Part shown: piece by piece, positions 51,422-61,405 of the stretch
Position numbering within the stretch: the first letter of the stretch is position 1
How the letters are laid out: each line of letters begins with the position of its first letter
DNA from: a plasmid
Sequence record: CP063550.1
Direction: 5' to 3' (one strand)
DNA: 64,000 nt
Program-made: the position numbers and the translations under genes
Notes under the pieces: model-generated
Told to the model about the DNA's origin: nothing
The model's input: only the letters and a program-made list of their open reading frames with translations
The model's database searches: none

Positions 51422-52230
51422 GGTTCTGTTGCAGAGTTTTAAATAAAGAATAAAATCCCTTACGGTATCTATGATTTAAGCTGGGATTCCCAATAATACC
51501 TTGATTTCAGTACAGACCGAAAACCCGAAGAGAGTGCCTTCTTTTCGGGTTTTCTTATATAATCCTCGAATGGCTTCCATGCCTTTAATCGTGGTAGAGG
51601 CAGTGCGTAAACTTCGATAGAATTTATTGCGTCTCTTTACTGGACGATGGTCTTGTTCAATCAAATTATTCAGGTATTTAATGGTACGATGTTCTGTCCC
51701 TTGATAAAAGCCGTATTCTTTTAGTTTCTTAAAGGCACTTGTAATAGAGGGGGCTTTATCTGTGACTACAACCTTCGGTTCATCAAACTGCTTCACTAAC
51801 CGCTTAAGAAAAACATAGGCTGCTTGTGTGTCCCGTTTTTTACGTAACCAAATATCCAAGGTTAAACCATCTGCATCGATGGCTCGATACAAATAATGCC
51901 ATTTTCCTTTAATTTTGATGTACGTTTCATCCATTTTCCATGAATAAAAGGATTTTTTATTTTTCTTTTTCCAAATTTGATAGAGTAGTTTGCCATATTC
52001 TTGCACCCAACGATAAATCGTCGTATGAGAAACGTTAATGCCACGATCATATAAGATTTCTTGAACTTCACGATAGCTAAGGTTATAACGAAGATAGTAG
52101 CCCACGGCTACAATAATCACATCCTGCTGAAATTGCTTTCCTTTAAAATGATTCATCGTCATTCCTCCTGCTATCTTTTTCTATTATTCTACCTTATTTG
52201 ATAGTAGATTTAAAACTTTGCAACAGAACC
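51422..52230 (-). mobile_element. IS6-family element, type A, second copy; direct repeat of 2032-2840
   Basis: Same inverted repeats and near-identical DNA. Flanks CATTTACC and ATAATTCG (no target duplication). Confidence 0.9.
51476..52162 (-). CDS. IS6 family transposase
   Basis: 228 aa, 2-3 substitutions versus 2086-2772. Confidence 0.9.
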   Translation of the reverse strand: MTMNHFKGKQFQQDVIIVAVGYYLRYNLSYREVQEILYDRGINVSHTTIYRWVQEYGKLLYQIWKKKNKKSFYSWKMDETYIKIKGKWHYLYRAIDADGLTLDIWLRKKRDTQAAYVFLKRLVKQFDEPKVVVTDKAPSITSAFKKLKEYGFYQGTEHRTIKYLNNLIEQDHRPVKRRNKFYRSLRTASTTIKGMEAIRGLYKKTRKEGTLFGFSVCTEIKVLLGIPA

Positions 52231-52284
52231 ATAATTCGAATTTTTATGTTATATACTATAATATAAAATCAATATATGATATAA

Positions 52285-52647
52285 TTGGGTATGGAAAAAA
52301 TATCTTTTGAAACATTTAAAAGACCTAATGGTCATGATGAATTTTTAGAATGGTTGGAAACATTACCAAAAAAAGATAGTGCGAAGCTTTTACGTACAAT
52401 AGAAGAAACAGAAAAGAATGGGATGCTAGTAGCTCAACGGTTGAAATGGGTGAAAAAATTAGACACTAATTTGTACGAATTAAGAAGTAAGGTAGGATCA
52501 AACATCCAAAGAGCTATCTATTTCCATGTGGTCAATGGAAGGTATGTCATTACCCATGGATTTACTAAAAAAACGGAGAAAACACCAATAAGTGAACTTA
52601 AACATGCAAAAGAACTTAGAGAGGAGTGGTTCACAAATGATGATTAA
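52285..52647 (+). CDS. HigB-like (Gp49/RelE-fold) type II toxin
   Basis: 120 aa 'phage-derived protein Gp49-like' pattern. Toxin-first order. The stop overlaps the antitoxin start. Confidence 0.65.
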   Translation: MGMEKISFETFKRPNGHDEFLEWLETLPKKDSAKLLRTIEETEKNGMLVAQRLKWVKKLDTNLYELRSKVGSNIQRAIYFHVVNGRYVITHGFTKKTEKTPISELKHAKELREEWFTNDD

Positions 52648-52903
52648 AAAATTGATTGAAGAAAAGCAAAAAGACAAAGATTTTGCAGAAGCATATGACC
52701 GTGAAGGAAGAAAACTCGAAACTGCGGTTGCTCTTTATCATGCACGGGAGGAAGCAGGCCTAACTCAAGCGGAGCTTGCACAAAAAGCACATACAACTCA
52801 ATCTACTATTGCTCGAATTGAGAGAGGGGATAACGTATCTTTCGATAAACTTGATGATATCGCTAGGGCATTAGGCAAAAAGCTGGTAGTAGAATTTGCT
52901 TAA
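52637..52903 (+). CDS. HigA-like XRE-HTH antitoxin
   Basis: 'EAGLTQAELAQKAHTTQSTIARIERG' HTH. Confidence 0.7.
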   Translation: MMIKKLIEEKQKDKDFAEAYDREGRKLETAVALYHAREEAGLTQAELAQKAHTTQSTIARIERGDNVSFDKLDDIARALGKKLVVEFA

Positions 52904-53061
52904 AAGCGAGTTGAAAATATACCTGTAATAGGCTCCTAACTAATCAATTAGTTTAGTGGGCCTTTTTGTACTAAATAGATAAAAGTTGTCCTATAGTGTA
53001 AAAGTCAATAAATTTTATACAAAAATTACTTTAAAGAGACATAAAGAGAAAGGTACAATAA

Positions 53062-54063
53062 ATGAAAACCATAAATCTAATAAAAGTATTTATAGCATCA
53101 CCAGGTGATATAGCAGCAAAGAGGAATGAAGTAGAAGAAACCATATATAGATGGAATATAGAAAATACAGATAATACAAAAGTAATTTTGATGCCAATTC
53201 GATGGGAAACGAATGCGATTCCTACTTATATAAATAATAGCTCTGGGCAAAGTGTTATTAATAAACAAATTGTAGAAAATAGTGATATATTATTAGCGAT
53301 TTTTGGCCATAAGTTGGGTTCTCCAGTTGATAATTATAGATCGGGAACTATAGCAGAAATTGATTACTTTTATAAAAATAGCAAAGGCGAGGTAGGGGTT
53401 TTTTTCTTAGATGAACCAGTTCCACAAGTTTTGGCTGAAGAGTATATAGAAGTTAAGAAGTACAGGGACTCTTTAGAAGATAAGGGTTTTTATGGAACAT
53501 ATAGCAAAGACAATATCAGAAGGTTTCTCACAAAAAAAGTGAATTATTTAATTGAGAAAGCACAAAATAATTTAGAATCAAAACGCTTTGATTTAGATTC
53601 TATTTCTTACAAGACACCTTCAGTAATTAACAAAAAAGTTACCGGAACTGATAAAGATTTTGATGACAACTTAGATATTTTTGATCCAATAGAATTTGAC
53701 AATGATGAAAGATTGCTGCTAATATATGCGTTTATGGATGAAAATTCTATCTTTTCAACTGATAATTCAACTTATAGAAAAGTAGTTCAATGGGAAAGTG
53801 ATAACAATTTAAGGAGTTACTTGAGTGATAGAGTATTTGATGTACTAGAAAAATTAAGTAAATCGGGAATTTTAAAGGAAGAATACGATTCTTCTTTTGA
53901 TGAGTATCCATCACGCTATATTTTGATTTCAGAGGACTATAAGAAATTTAAAAGGTATTTTTTAAAAAATGAAAAAAAGATATCTGTTATTATGGAGAAA
54001 TACAAAGCTCCAATACAGGCTGATCCATTTTCCAATTTGGATGAATCAGATTTACCGTTTTAA
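53062..54063 (+). CDS. DUF4062-like N-terminal domain protein with a helical C-terminal region of unknown function
   Basis: 'IKVFIASPGDIAAKRNEVEETI...PIRWE...DILLAIFGHKLGS...GTIAEIDYF' matches the DUF4062 pattern (VFISS..D..eER...). The rest has no recognisable motif. Confidence 0.5.
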   Translation: MKTINLIKVFIASPGDIAAKRNEVEETIYRWNIENTDNTKVILMPIRWETNAIPTYINNSSGQSVINKQIVENSDILLAIFGHKLGSPVDNYRSGTIAEIDYFYKNSKGEVGVFFLDEPVPQVLAEEYIEVKKYRDSLEDKGFYGTYSKDNIRRFLTKKVNYLIEKAQNNLESKRFDLDSISYKTPSVINKKVTGTDKDFDDNLDIFDPIEFDNDERLLLIYAFMDENSIFSTDNSTYRKVVQWESDNNLRSYLSDRVFDVLEKLSKSGILKEEYDSSFDEYPSRYILISEDYKKFKRYFLKNEKKISVIMEKYKAPIQADPFSNLDESDLPF

Positions 54064-54432
54064 ATTTTAAATAGATAATTTCATTTTTTAGTAGCAGAGG
54101 TATAAACTTTTTTAATGTTTGAATTGAAAAGAAATGCTAATAGGTCGACTTTATGTTTCTCTTGTGCAATCGTAAATGCGGGGGACCATAAAATTGATCT
54201 ATTATCGAGTGTGTATAAAATAAAATTCAAATCTTATTAGTTTACATAAGATACATTATACTAAGTTGTCAATGTTAAATGCCTTTAAATAAGGACGATT
54301 TATGCATCAATTATATTTATGTTAACTAAATTCTTTTTAACATAAATGTAATCAACTTAGCTAGATGAATCTAAAATGATTGTCTGTATTGATGACAAAG
54401 CTAATTAATAATTACGTGATTCAAAAAAGAAA

Positions 54433-55047
54433 TCATACAATTAGTTGGTCGATTTCTTTTTTTATTCGGTAAATTGTTTGCCTAGTCACATTGTAGTCTG
54501 TTGCAATCTTTGAGATAGCAACCCCATTCTCAAGATCCTGAACGATACTCCTATAGACAAGGCGACGTTGAGGATCTTTGGTGTCTGCACTGTATAACTT
54601 AGGACGACCTTTATAGACGCCGTTTGCTTTAGCGATTTTAATTCCTTGTGCCTGGCGTCGTTTCGATTCAGTACGTTCTTGTTCAGCAATCATGGCTGAG
54701 ATTTAAATGATTAAGTCTTTGATGAATTTATCTAGGAGAGGATTTCCAATTGCTTCAGCCATGATCGGTAAACTGGTGATAATAAGTCGCACATTCTTCT
54801 TCTTTAGATAATTCACTGAATCGATAATCTCGTCATAATTGCGTCCAAGTCGATCAATGGCTTCTACAATAAAAATATCTTGCTCTCTGACAAAATCTAA
54901 AGCTTCCTGGAAAATCGGCCGATGACTAATCGTCGCTCCAGATTGTTTTTCGATAAAAATTTTTTCAGCGCCAAACTTTTTCATTTCTTCAATTTGACGT
55001 TGTTCATTTTGATCGATGGATGAAACTCTAATATAAGCAATTTTCAA
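54433..55047 (-). pseudogene. serine recombinase (resolvase), frameshifted between the catalytic and HTH domains
   Basis: ORF 54703-55047 ('[18 protein letters not shown]...') and ORF 54433-54693 ('...GRPKLYS...VTRQTIYRIKK') are the two halves in different frames. Confidence 0.8.
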
Positions 55048-55094
55048 ATTTATTCCCTACTTTTCTATAACGTTTATAATACACCCTAATCATA

Positions 55095-55160
55095 CGTTAG
55101 AACTCTAAATTTTTCAATGTTATATTTTTGTCTATTTAGGGTAAACTCTAAATAGACAAA
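55095..55160. promoter_or_regulatory. res-like site: inverted repeat TGTCTATTTAG-N9-CTAAATAGACA plus a repeated AACTCTAAAT
   Basis: Located immediately upstream of the resolvase gene. Confidence 0.4.
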
Positions 55161-55229
55161 CGGTTTTTGAATTCTAAAAGTTAAATAGTTTATAATAGAA
55201 GAAAAAGAATGGGGTGACGATTTCTTAGA

Positions 55230-55532
55230 TTGAAAAGGAAAGATAAATATTATAGATTATTACTTTTGACAGCTGAAGCAGGATGGATGGATTTTCCAGA
55301 AGTTGTAAAAGAAGTTCAAGAGATAGGTGCAACTATTTCTGATAGCCGCTCCTCTCCTATGAACTATCAGGATGCCCATGGAATTAAAATAATTGATCAA
55401 GAGAGAAATGTCAGAAAATACACAACAATAAATGAGTGTGTAATTAATGAAAATCTTTGTAGGGCACCGATAACGAAACACATTAAGAATAGAAGCAAAG
55501 CAAAAGACGGAAGAACTTTTACTACCTTCTAA
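55230..55532 (+). CDS. hypothetical protein
   Basis: 100-aa ORF, no RBS or motif recognised. Confidence 0.25.
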   Translation: MKRKDKYYRLLLLTAEAGWMDFPEVVKEVQEIGATISDSRSSPMNYQDAHGIKIIDQERNVRKYTTINECVINENLCRAPITKHIKNRSKAKDGRTFTTF

Positions 55533-55629
55533 GTTTTTTTCATATTTGTTTGCTATACTTAGATCTAAGGAATTAGACTTTCGCTGCCCATTATTTAAGT
55601 TTGAGGTAGCGTCTTGCGAGGGATCAATA

Positions 55630-55851
55630 ATGGAAGAAGAAAAAATATTTGAAAAACGCTGGGAATTGGCTTCAGTTGAACAAAGAGCAAGGTACCATAA
55701 TCTAATGTCCTCTTACCGTAATATTGATTGGACTTACAAAGAAAAGAAGTACTTGCTTTGGTTATGTCAGTTAGATGTAAATACCTTTGAAACATTTGAA
55801 GTGATTCTAGATAAGATTAAAAACAGCAATGAAAAAAGAGCTGATCTATAA
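55630..55851 (+). CDS. small conserved hypothetical protein (73 aa)
   Basis: 'MEEEKIFEKRWELASVEQRARYHNLMSSYRNIDWTYKEKKYLLWLCQLD'. Intact paralogue of the pseudogene at 9158. Confidence 0.5.
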   Translation: MEEEKIFEKRWELASVEQRARYHNLMSSYRNIDWTYKEKKYLLWLCQLDVNTFETFEVILDKIKNSNEKRADL

Positions 55852-56099
55852 TGGTTCGCTCTTTTTATTTTATTAACTCTTTGGTTACTATATGTAAAAT
55901 ACAGCTTCATATTACAATAAATTTCAGGATACAAATTTATTTAAGCATATATAAATATAATTGAAATAGGACATAAATATATGAGTATGAGAAAGGTGAT
56001 TCCATGTTTAATAAATGGGCAAACCACCCAATGAACTCGAGAGGTAGAGATAATTTGAAGGAGACGGACAAGTTCTGGGAAGAAGTATATAGTAAAAAC

Positions 56100-56907
56100 G
56101 GTTCTGTTGCAAAGTTTTCCAAAAAATCTATTTTAGTGTAAAATTGAGAAAAAAGACAGAGAGGACAGAGTAATGAATCATTTTAAAGGCAAACAATTCA
56201 AAAAAGACGTCATTATTGTCGCTGTTGGTTACTACCTGCGTTACAATCTAAGCTATCGTGAAGTTCAGGAATTGTTATATGATCGTGGAATAAATGTTTG
56301 TCATACTACGATTTATCGTTGGGTATAAGAGTACAGCAAAGTCCTCTATTATCTTTGGAAGAAGAAAAATAGACAATCCTTCTATTCATGGAAAATGGAC
56401 GAAACCTATATCAAAATTAAGGGACGTTGGCATTATCTTTATCGTGCAATTGATGCGGACGGCTTAACCTTAGATATCTGGTTACGAAAGAAACGGGATA
56501 CGCAAGCAGCCTATGCTTTCTTAAAACGACTCCATAAACAGTTTGGTGAGCCGAAAGCAATTGTGACCGATAAAGCACCTTCTCTTGGCTCCGCCTTTAG
56601 AAAGTTACAGAGTGTGGGTTTATATACTAAGACAGAGCACCGAACTGTGAAGTATCTTAACAATTTAATAGAACAAGACCATCGACCTATTAAACGACGA
56701 AATAAATTTTATCAAAGTCTCCGTACAGCCTCTTCCACGATTAAGGGCATGGAGACCATTCGAGGAATATATAAAAAGAACCGAAGAAATGGAACGCTCT
56801 TCGGCTTTTCGGTGTCTACTGAAATCAAGGTATTAATGGGAATAACAGCCTAAGATATTTGGAGTTCAGAGAGGGCGCGTTTGATTTTCAAACTTCGCAA
56901 CAGAACC
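56100..56907 (+). mobile_element. IS1216-type IS6 element, copy B3
   Basis: Same inverted repeats and leader as 24379. Flanks GTAAAAAC and GAGAACCT. Confidence 0.9.
56173..56853 (+). pseudogene. IS1216-type transposase with a nonsense codon (CAA to TAA at codon 51)
   Basis: '...TIYRWV*EYSKV'. TGGGTATAAGAG versus TGGGTACAAGAG in the intact copies. Confidence 0.85.
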
Positions 56908-56914
56908 GAGAACC

Positions 56915-57532
56915 TTGGGTTTTCAAGTGCTTTTTGGTTCATTAATCTTAACCATAGTGTTTTTAAAGTGGAAAACAAGCAACAAAAAAAGTATGTGGAG
57001 CCTTGTAGGAATAGTTCTTATTATTTTTACTGTGACTGCAGCAACAGAAGCAAATTATTCGCATAAAATTCAGTCGTATAAAGGTCGTTTAGTTATGACC
57101 AAAAAAGATGTTACACGTTATACATCCTCAAGAACTGGAGGCCTATATGACTATGCACCATTAGATGCATTGAAATATAAAGATCATTTAAAGAAACATG
57201 AAGTAAAAGTTGGTGATCGGTGGGAGAATGCATCTCATAAAGCATATAATTCCAAAATAGTCTATACAGTAGAAGATGCCGATGAGCAAAATATCACATT
57301 ACCTGTATTCAATTATTGGGGAACAGTTGTGAAAGTAAATGGGAAAAAGAGCACTATAGAAAATGACAATGGTTTAGTGTCTATTAAAGGTACGGGGAAA
57401 AGAACTATAGTTGAGGTTTCATCTACGTATCCAACTACGATGATTCTATCTTTATTAATTAGTTCAATAACTTTTATATTCTTATTTACACGTTATTTAA
57501 TAAGATGCTGCGGTGAAATGAAAATAGATTAG
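56915..57532 (+). CDS. membrane-anchored hypothetical protein; TTG start exactly at the IS boundary, possibly 5'-truncated
   Basis: N- and C-terminal hydrophobic segments. No RBS, because the upstream sequence is the IS inverted repeat. Confidence 0.35.
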   Translation: MGFQVLFGSLILTIVFLKWKTSNKKSMWSLVGIVLIIFTVTAATEANYSHKIQSYKGRLVMTKKDVTRYTSSRTGGLYDYAPLDALKYKDHLKKHEVKVGDRWENASHKAYNSKIVYTVEDADEQNITLPVFNYWGTVVKVNGKKSTIENDNGLVSIKGTGKRTIVEVSSTYPTTMILSLLISSITFIFLFTRYLIRCCGEMKID

Positions 57533-57695
57533 ATAGATATTATAAATATGTTGATTCTATTTTCATAGCAATGGAGAAAATACATTAGCAATATATAAAA
57601 GAAGGTATCAAGAGTCACAGTGAATTTATTCCGAAAAGTGAAAAGAGCAAATATAAAATTTAATGAAAATATAGAACTAAATAGGAAAACGTAGA

Positions 57696-57727
57696 CGTAA
57701 TTTTCTACGTTTTCCTTTTCATATATA
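57696..57727 (+). terminator. rho-independent terminator
   Basis: 'AAAACGTAGACGTAATTTTCTACGTTTTCCTTTTC'. Confidence 0.5.
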
Positions 57728-58175
57728 TTAAATATTACGGAAAATTATATAAACTAATTTAGTGTTTTGTTTGTAATTCCTAATTTTGCTCCACTTTTAG
57801 ATAATTTTTAGGTCTATTTAACTCATCAGACATTCTATGCTCATTTTTCTCCAAATTTGTTTCAACTCTTTCGTACTTAATTTTGCGTATTTGAAAATTC
57901 TTCTTTTAGAGTACTTTTATTACGATACTAGTATGATATATATCTATAGCAAACAGTTAAAATCTTCCTAAAATAAGCGAATAGCATTCCTAAAACCTAT
58001 AAAATTTTTAGATGAAGCGACAAGTGGACAATTAATAAACTACTTGAACATGAAATTATGGATCACCTTTCAAATTTAGAAAATGGAATTCTTATACTTA
58101 TTGCGCAACATTTATTGATTGCAAAATTATGTGACAAAAAAAACTAGTAGAAGAAAGAATAATGGCTTGATAATA

Positions 58176-58289
58176 AAGTACTACCTATTAAAGGTAGTAC
58201 TTTATTTAATTTAGTATAAATTAACATACTACTATATTTTAGGTTTCATATTATATAAATTAATAATATACTACCATTTGTTGGTAGTA
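58176..58289. repeat. two palindromes sharing the TACTACC half-site with the parAB-flanking sites
   Basis: 'AAAGTACTACCTATTAAAGGTAGTACTTT' (58176-58204) and 'ATACTACCATTTGTTGGTAGTAT' (58267-58289). Confidence 0.5.
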
Positions 58290-58443
58290 TAATTTAAAGG
58301 TAATAAGTTATTCTTTTATTACTATGTTTGGGTTTTATAGCAAAGAAAGTTTAATAAGAGTTTGGACCTAGCAAACAATATTAATGAGGTCATTAAATCT
58401 TATTATCTTTAGTGATATAACGAAATATCTACACAGACAAAAT

Positions 58444-59772
58444 GATAGCGTAAAATATTTTGTGTAAATAGATATTTAGGGTAGAAAAAAAGAAAGTCCA
58501 TTCTGTAAAATTAAAGTTACCACAACCGAAATTTTATAGGAGGACTTTCTCATGCCCAATTTTACTACAGAAATTATGGAAACACTAATCAATAAAGGTG
58601 ATTTAGATGAATTATTTCGATGTCATTTAGAATTAGCTGTTAATTCATTATTGCAGGCTGAATTAACAGCTTTTCTTGATTATGAAAAATATGATCGTGC
58701 TGGGTTCAATTCAGGTAATTCCCGTAATGGGAATTATTCACGTTCATTCAGAACAGAGTATGGAGAATTAAATTTGGTAATTCCTAGAGATAGAAATGGT
58801 AAGTTTTCTCAACAAACTTTACCTGCTTATAAAAGAACCAATGACTCTTTAGAAACCACTATTATTCAGCTATTTCAAAAAGGAATTACTATGTCTGAAA
58901 TCTCTGAATTGATTGAAAAAATGTACGGGCATCACTATACGCCACAAACCATTTCAAATATGACTAAAATAGTTTCTGAAGATATTATTGCCTTTAAAGA
59001 AAGGTCCTTAGAATCCAGATACTCTGTCATTTTTATGGATGCTACTCACATTCCTTTAAAAAGACAAACTGTTTCAAAAGAAGCAGTTTATATTGTAATT
59101 GGCATTCGATTAGATGGAACCAAAGAGGTTCTTGGGTTTAGTCTTGCTCCAACTGAATCTGCTTATGTTTGGAAAGAGATTCTTCAAGACCTAAAAGACC
59201 GTGGTTTAAAAGAGGTTTTATTAGTCGTAACTGATGGTTTAAGTGGCATTAACGATAGTATTCATAGTGTTTATCCAAATGCTCAATTTCAACAATGTTG
59301 TGTCCATATATCTAGAAATATCGCTCATAAGGTTCGTGTTAGTGATCGACAAGAAATCTGTAGCGATTTCAAATTAGTTTATCAAGCAAGTTCAAAAGAA
59401 GAAGCAAATAATCAAATAAGGTTTATGATAGATAAATGGAAAAAGCAGTATCCACGAGTGGTTAAATTGCTCATGAATCCTGCTATATTAACCTTTTATA
59501 ATTTCCCTCCGTCAATCAGAAGAACTATTTATTCAACTAATTTGATTGAAGGTTTTAACAAACAATTAAAGAAATATACCAAAAGAAAAGAGCAATTTCC
59601 TAATGAAGAATCTCTGGAGAGATTTCTAGTATCTCAATTCAACAACTATAATCAAAAGTTTCTATGCCGAGTTCATAAAGGTTTTAAAGAAATACATGAT
59701 ACATTAGAATCAATGTTTTAACTTGATCAACAGAATGGGCTTTTCCATTTACACAAAATTATTGACGCTCCC
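58444..59772 (+). mobile_element. IS256-family insertion sequence (about 1329 bp) with an 8-bp target-site duplication
   Basis: Inverted repeats 'GATAGCGTAAAATATTTTGTGTAAA' and '...TTTACACAAAATTATTGACGCTC'. 'GACAAAAT' lies at 58436-58443 and again at 59773-59780. Confidence 0.85.
58552..59721 (+). CDS. IS256 family transposase
   Basis: 389 aa. Mutator-type DDE 'VIFMDATHIP...VVTDGLSG...'. Confidence 0.9.
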   Translation: MPNFTTEIMETLINKGDLDELFRCHLELAVNSLLQAELTAFLDYEKYDRAGFNSGNSRNGNYSRSFRTEYGELNLVIPRDRNGKFSQQTLPAYKRTNDSLETTIIQLFQKGITMSEISELIEKMYGHHYTPQTISNMTKIVSEDIIAFKERSLESRYSVIFMDATHIPLKRQTVSKEAVYIVIGIRLDGTKEVLGFSLAPTESAYVWKEILQDLKDRGLKEVLLVVTDGLSGINDSIHSVYPNAQFQQCCVHISRNIAHKVRVSDRQEICSDFKLVYQASSKEEANNQIRFMIDKWKKQYPRVVKLLMNPAILTFYNFPPSIRRTIYSTNLIEGFNKQLKKYTKRKEQFPNEESLERFLVSQFNNYNQKFLCRVHKGFKEIHDTLESMF

Positions 59773-60044
59773 GACAAAATTATGATCTTGCGTAAAGTTA
59801 TAAAATATTAATAAAAATATTTTATTAATGAAAAGCTTGGTAGCACGGTTATTCATATGCTAATTTATTTCACTTTATAGTAAGGGGAGTTCTTAGTATA
59901 TTGTTCAAACTTAAATTTCATATAATTTAATTATGTAAATTAGCTATTCTAAGAACTTCTACGGATAACTGCCCGTCTAAAATTTAAATAAGAGCTTAGA
60001 ATCTTCATATAAGTAAGGTTAATTTTTTTGTACAAAAAAGTCGG

Positions 60045-60173
60045 AATATTCTGAGTTACTGAAATGATATAAAATCATAAACTAAATCCCTTGATTTTAT
60101 TGACTTTCAAAAGTTTATATATATAAGTTAATGATTATGGTAAAATATATACATAATCATTAACTCAGAATAT
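60045..60173. promoter_or_regulatory. 14-20-bp inverted repeats (AATATTCTGAGTTA ... TAACTCAGAATATT) flanking about 100 bp, immediately upstream of the small tyrosine recombinase gene
   Basis: Left arm 60045-60058 and right arm 60160-60173. Inner palindrome TTAATGATTATG/CATAATCATTAA at 60128-60164. Confidence 0.35.
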
Positions 60174-60193
60174 TTTTAAGAAGGGAAACAATA

Positions 60194-60748
60194 GTGAGCT
60201 ATAATGTACAACCGTTAAGGACAAATGAAGAGATACAAGATTTTCAGTTTTGGCTAAGAAGAACAAGTAATCCGGAAAGAGATAGTTTTTTATTTTTGTT
60301 TGGAATCAATAATGGGTTACGTATGTCAGATATTATAGGATTAAAAGTTGGAGATATACGAGGCAAAAGTAAGCCTATTATTGTTGAACATAAAACAGGT
60401 AAGCGAAAACCGATTTTTATAGATAATTTGAGAGAAGAAATTTTATTATATACTGAAGGTAAAGAAGAAAATGATTGGTTATTTCCGAGTCGGCAACAAG
60501 GTCGACATATAACAAGGGATCGTGTCTATCAGATATATGCAGATATAGCAGAAAAATTAGGACGAGATGATATAGGAACACATACATTAAGAAAAACTTT
60601 TGGGTATCACTACTACAAGAAAACTAGAGACATTGCTACCTTAATGTTTATTTTTAATCATAGCTCGCAAGCAATTACAAAAAGGTACATTGGTATAACT
60701 GAAGATGAAATAGGAGCATCACTTCGTGGATTTAAACTAGGTGTATAA
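60194..60748 (+). CDS. small tyrosine site-specific recombinase (catalytic domain only, FimB/FimE-sized)
   Basis: 184 aa. 'LRMSDIIGLKVGDI' (Arg I), 'HTLRKTFG' (His-x-x-Arg) and 'ITKRYIG' (Tyr) pattern. Confidence 0.7.
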   Translation: MSYNVQPLRTNEEIQDFQFWLRRTSNPERDSFLFLFGINNGLRMSDIIGLKVGDIRGKSKPIIVEHKTGKRKPIFIDNLREEILLYTEGKEENDWLFPSRQQGRHITRDRVYQIYADIAEKLGRDDIGTHTLRKTFGYHYYKKTRDIATLMFIFNHSSQAITKRYIGITEDEIGASLRGFKLGV

Positions 60749-60920
60749 TTTAAAAATTTTTATAAACAGTAAAGACAAAGATTAAAAGCTATTTTTATCT
60801 AGAACGATTTTATTTCATAAAGTTCGCGGAATAAAAGCTGGGGTTACTGGTACTTGGTATAGGTTCGTGTTATATAAACTAAGTAATTAAATAACATTTT
60901 TAGGTTGGAAAAGGATGAAA

Positions 60921-61394
60921 TTAAAAAAAGAGAATCAATACGGTCTCAAAAACGCAAACGCTGCGGAATAAGAAAAATACTGATAACTCAACGTTTAGCA
61001 GACTATCTAATAGGGATAGTCTGCTTTTTTCGTTTTTGACCATACTTTTGACCTTCTGCAAACTTCCTTGCTTTTCCTCTGTAGAACTCATGAAATCTGC
61101 AAAACGAATTGCCGTTTCCTCTGTCTGCTTTTTCGCGATATGGGTGTATATATCATCCATAGTGGTTTTAATATCTGTATGTCCAAGTCGAACATACACT
61201 TCTTTGACAGACGCACCAGATTCAAAGAGCAGACTACAATGGGTATGACGAAAACCATGAAGTGTGATATGTTTTAAGTTATTCTCTTTAATGATGATTT
61301 TCAAATTGTGATTTACATAGTCTAAATAAAGGGGCTTATTTTCTTCTGATGAAAACAAAAGTTGTTCACCATCTTTTATAGGTTTGATTCTCAT
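60921..61394 (-). pseudogene. tyrosine integrase C-terminal (catalytic) fragment
   Basis: 'ITLHGFRHTHCSLL...LGHTDIKTTMDDIYTH' box II region. There is no N-terminal SAM/core-binding domain, and the tail is aberrant. Confidence 0.55.
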
Positions 61395-61405
61395 TTTTAG
61401 ATATT

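Noticed and set aside
55973-56099. ORF start 'MFNKWANHPMNSRGRDNLKETDKFWEEVYSKN' running into IS1216.
   Set aside because: Only about 40 codons remain before the IS. Any family assignment would be a guess.
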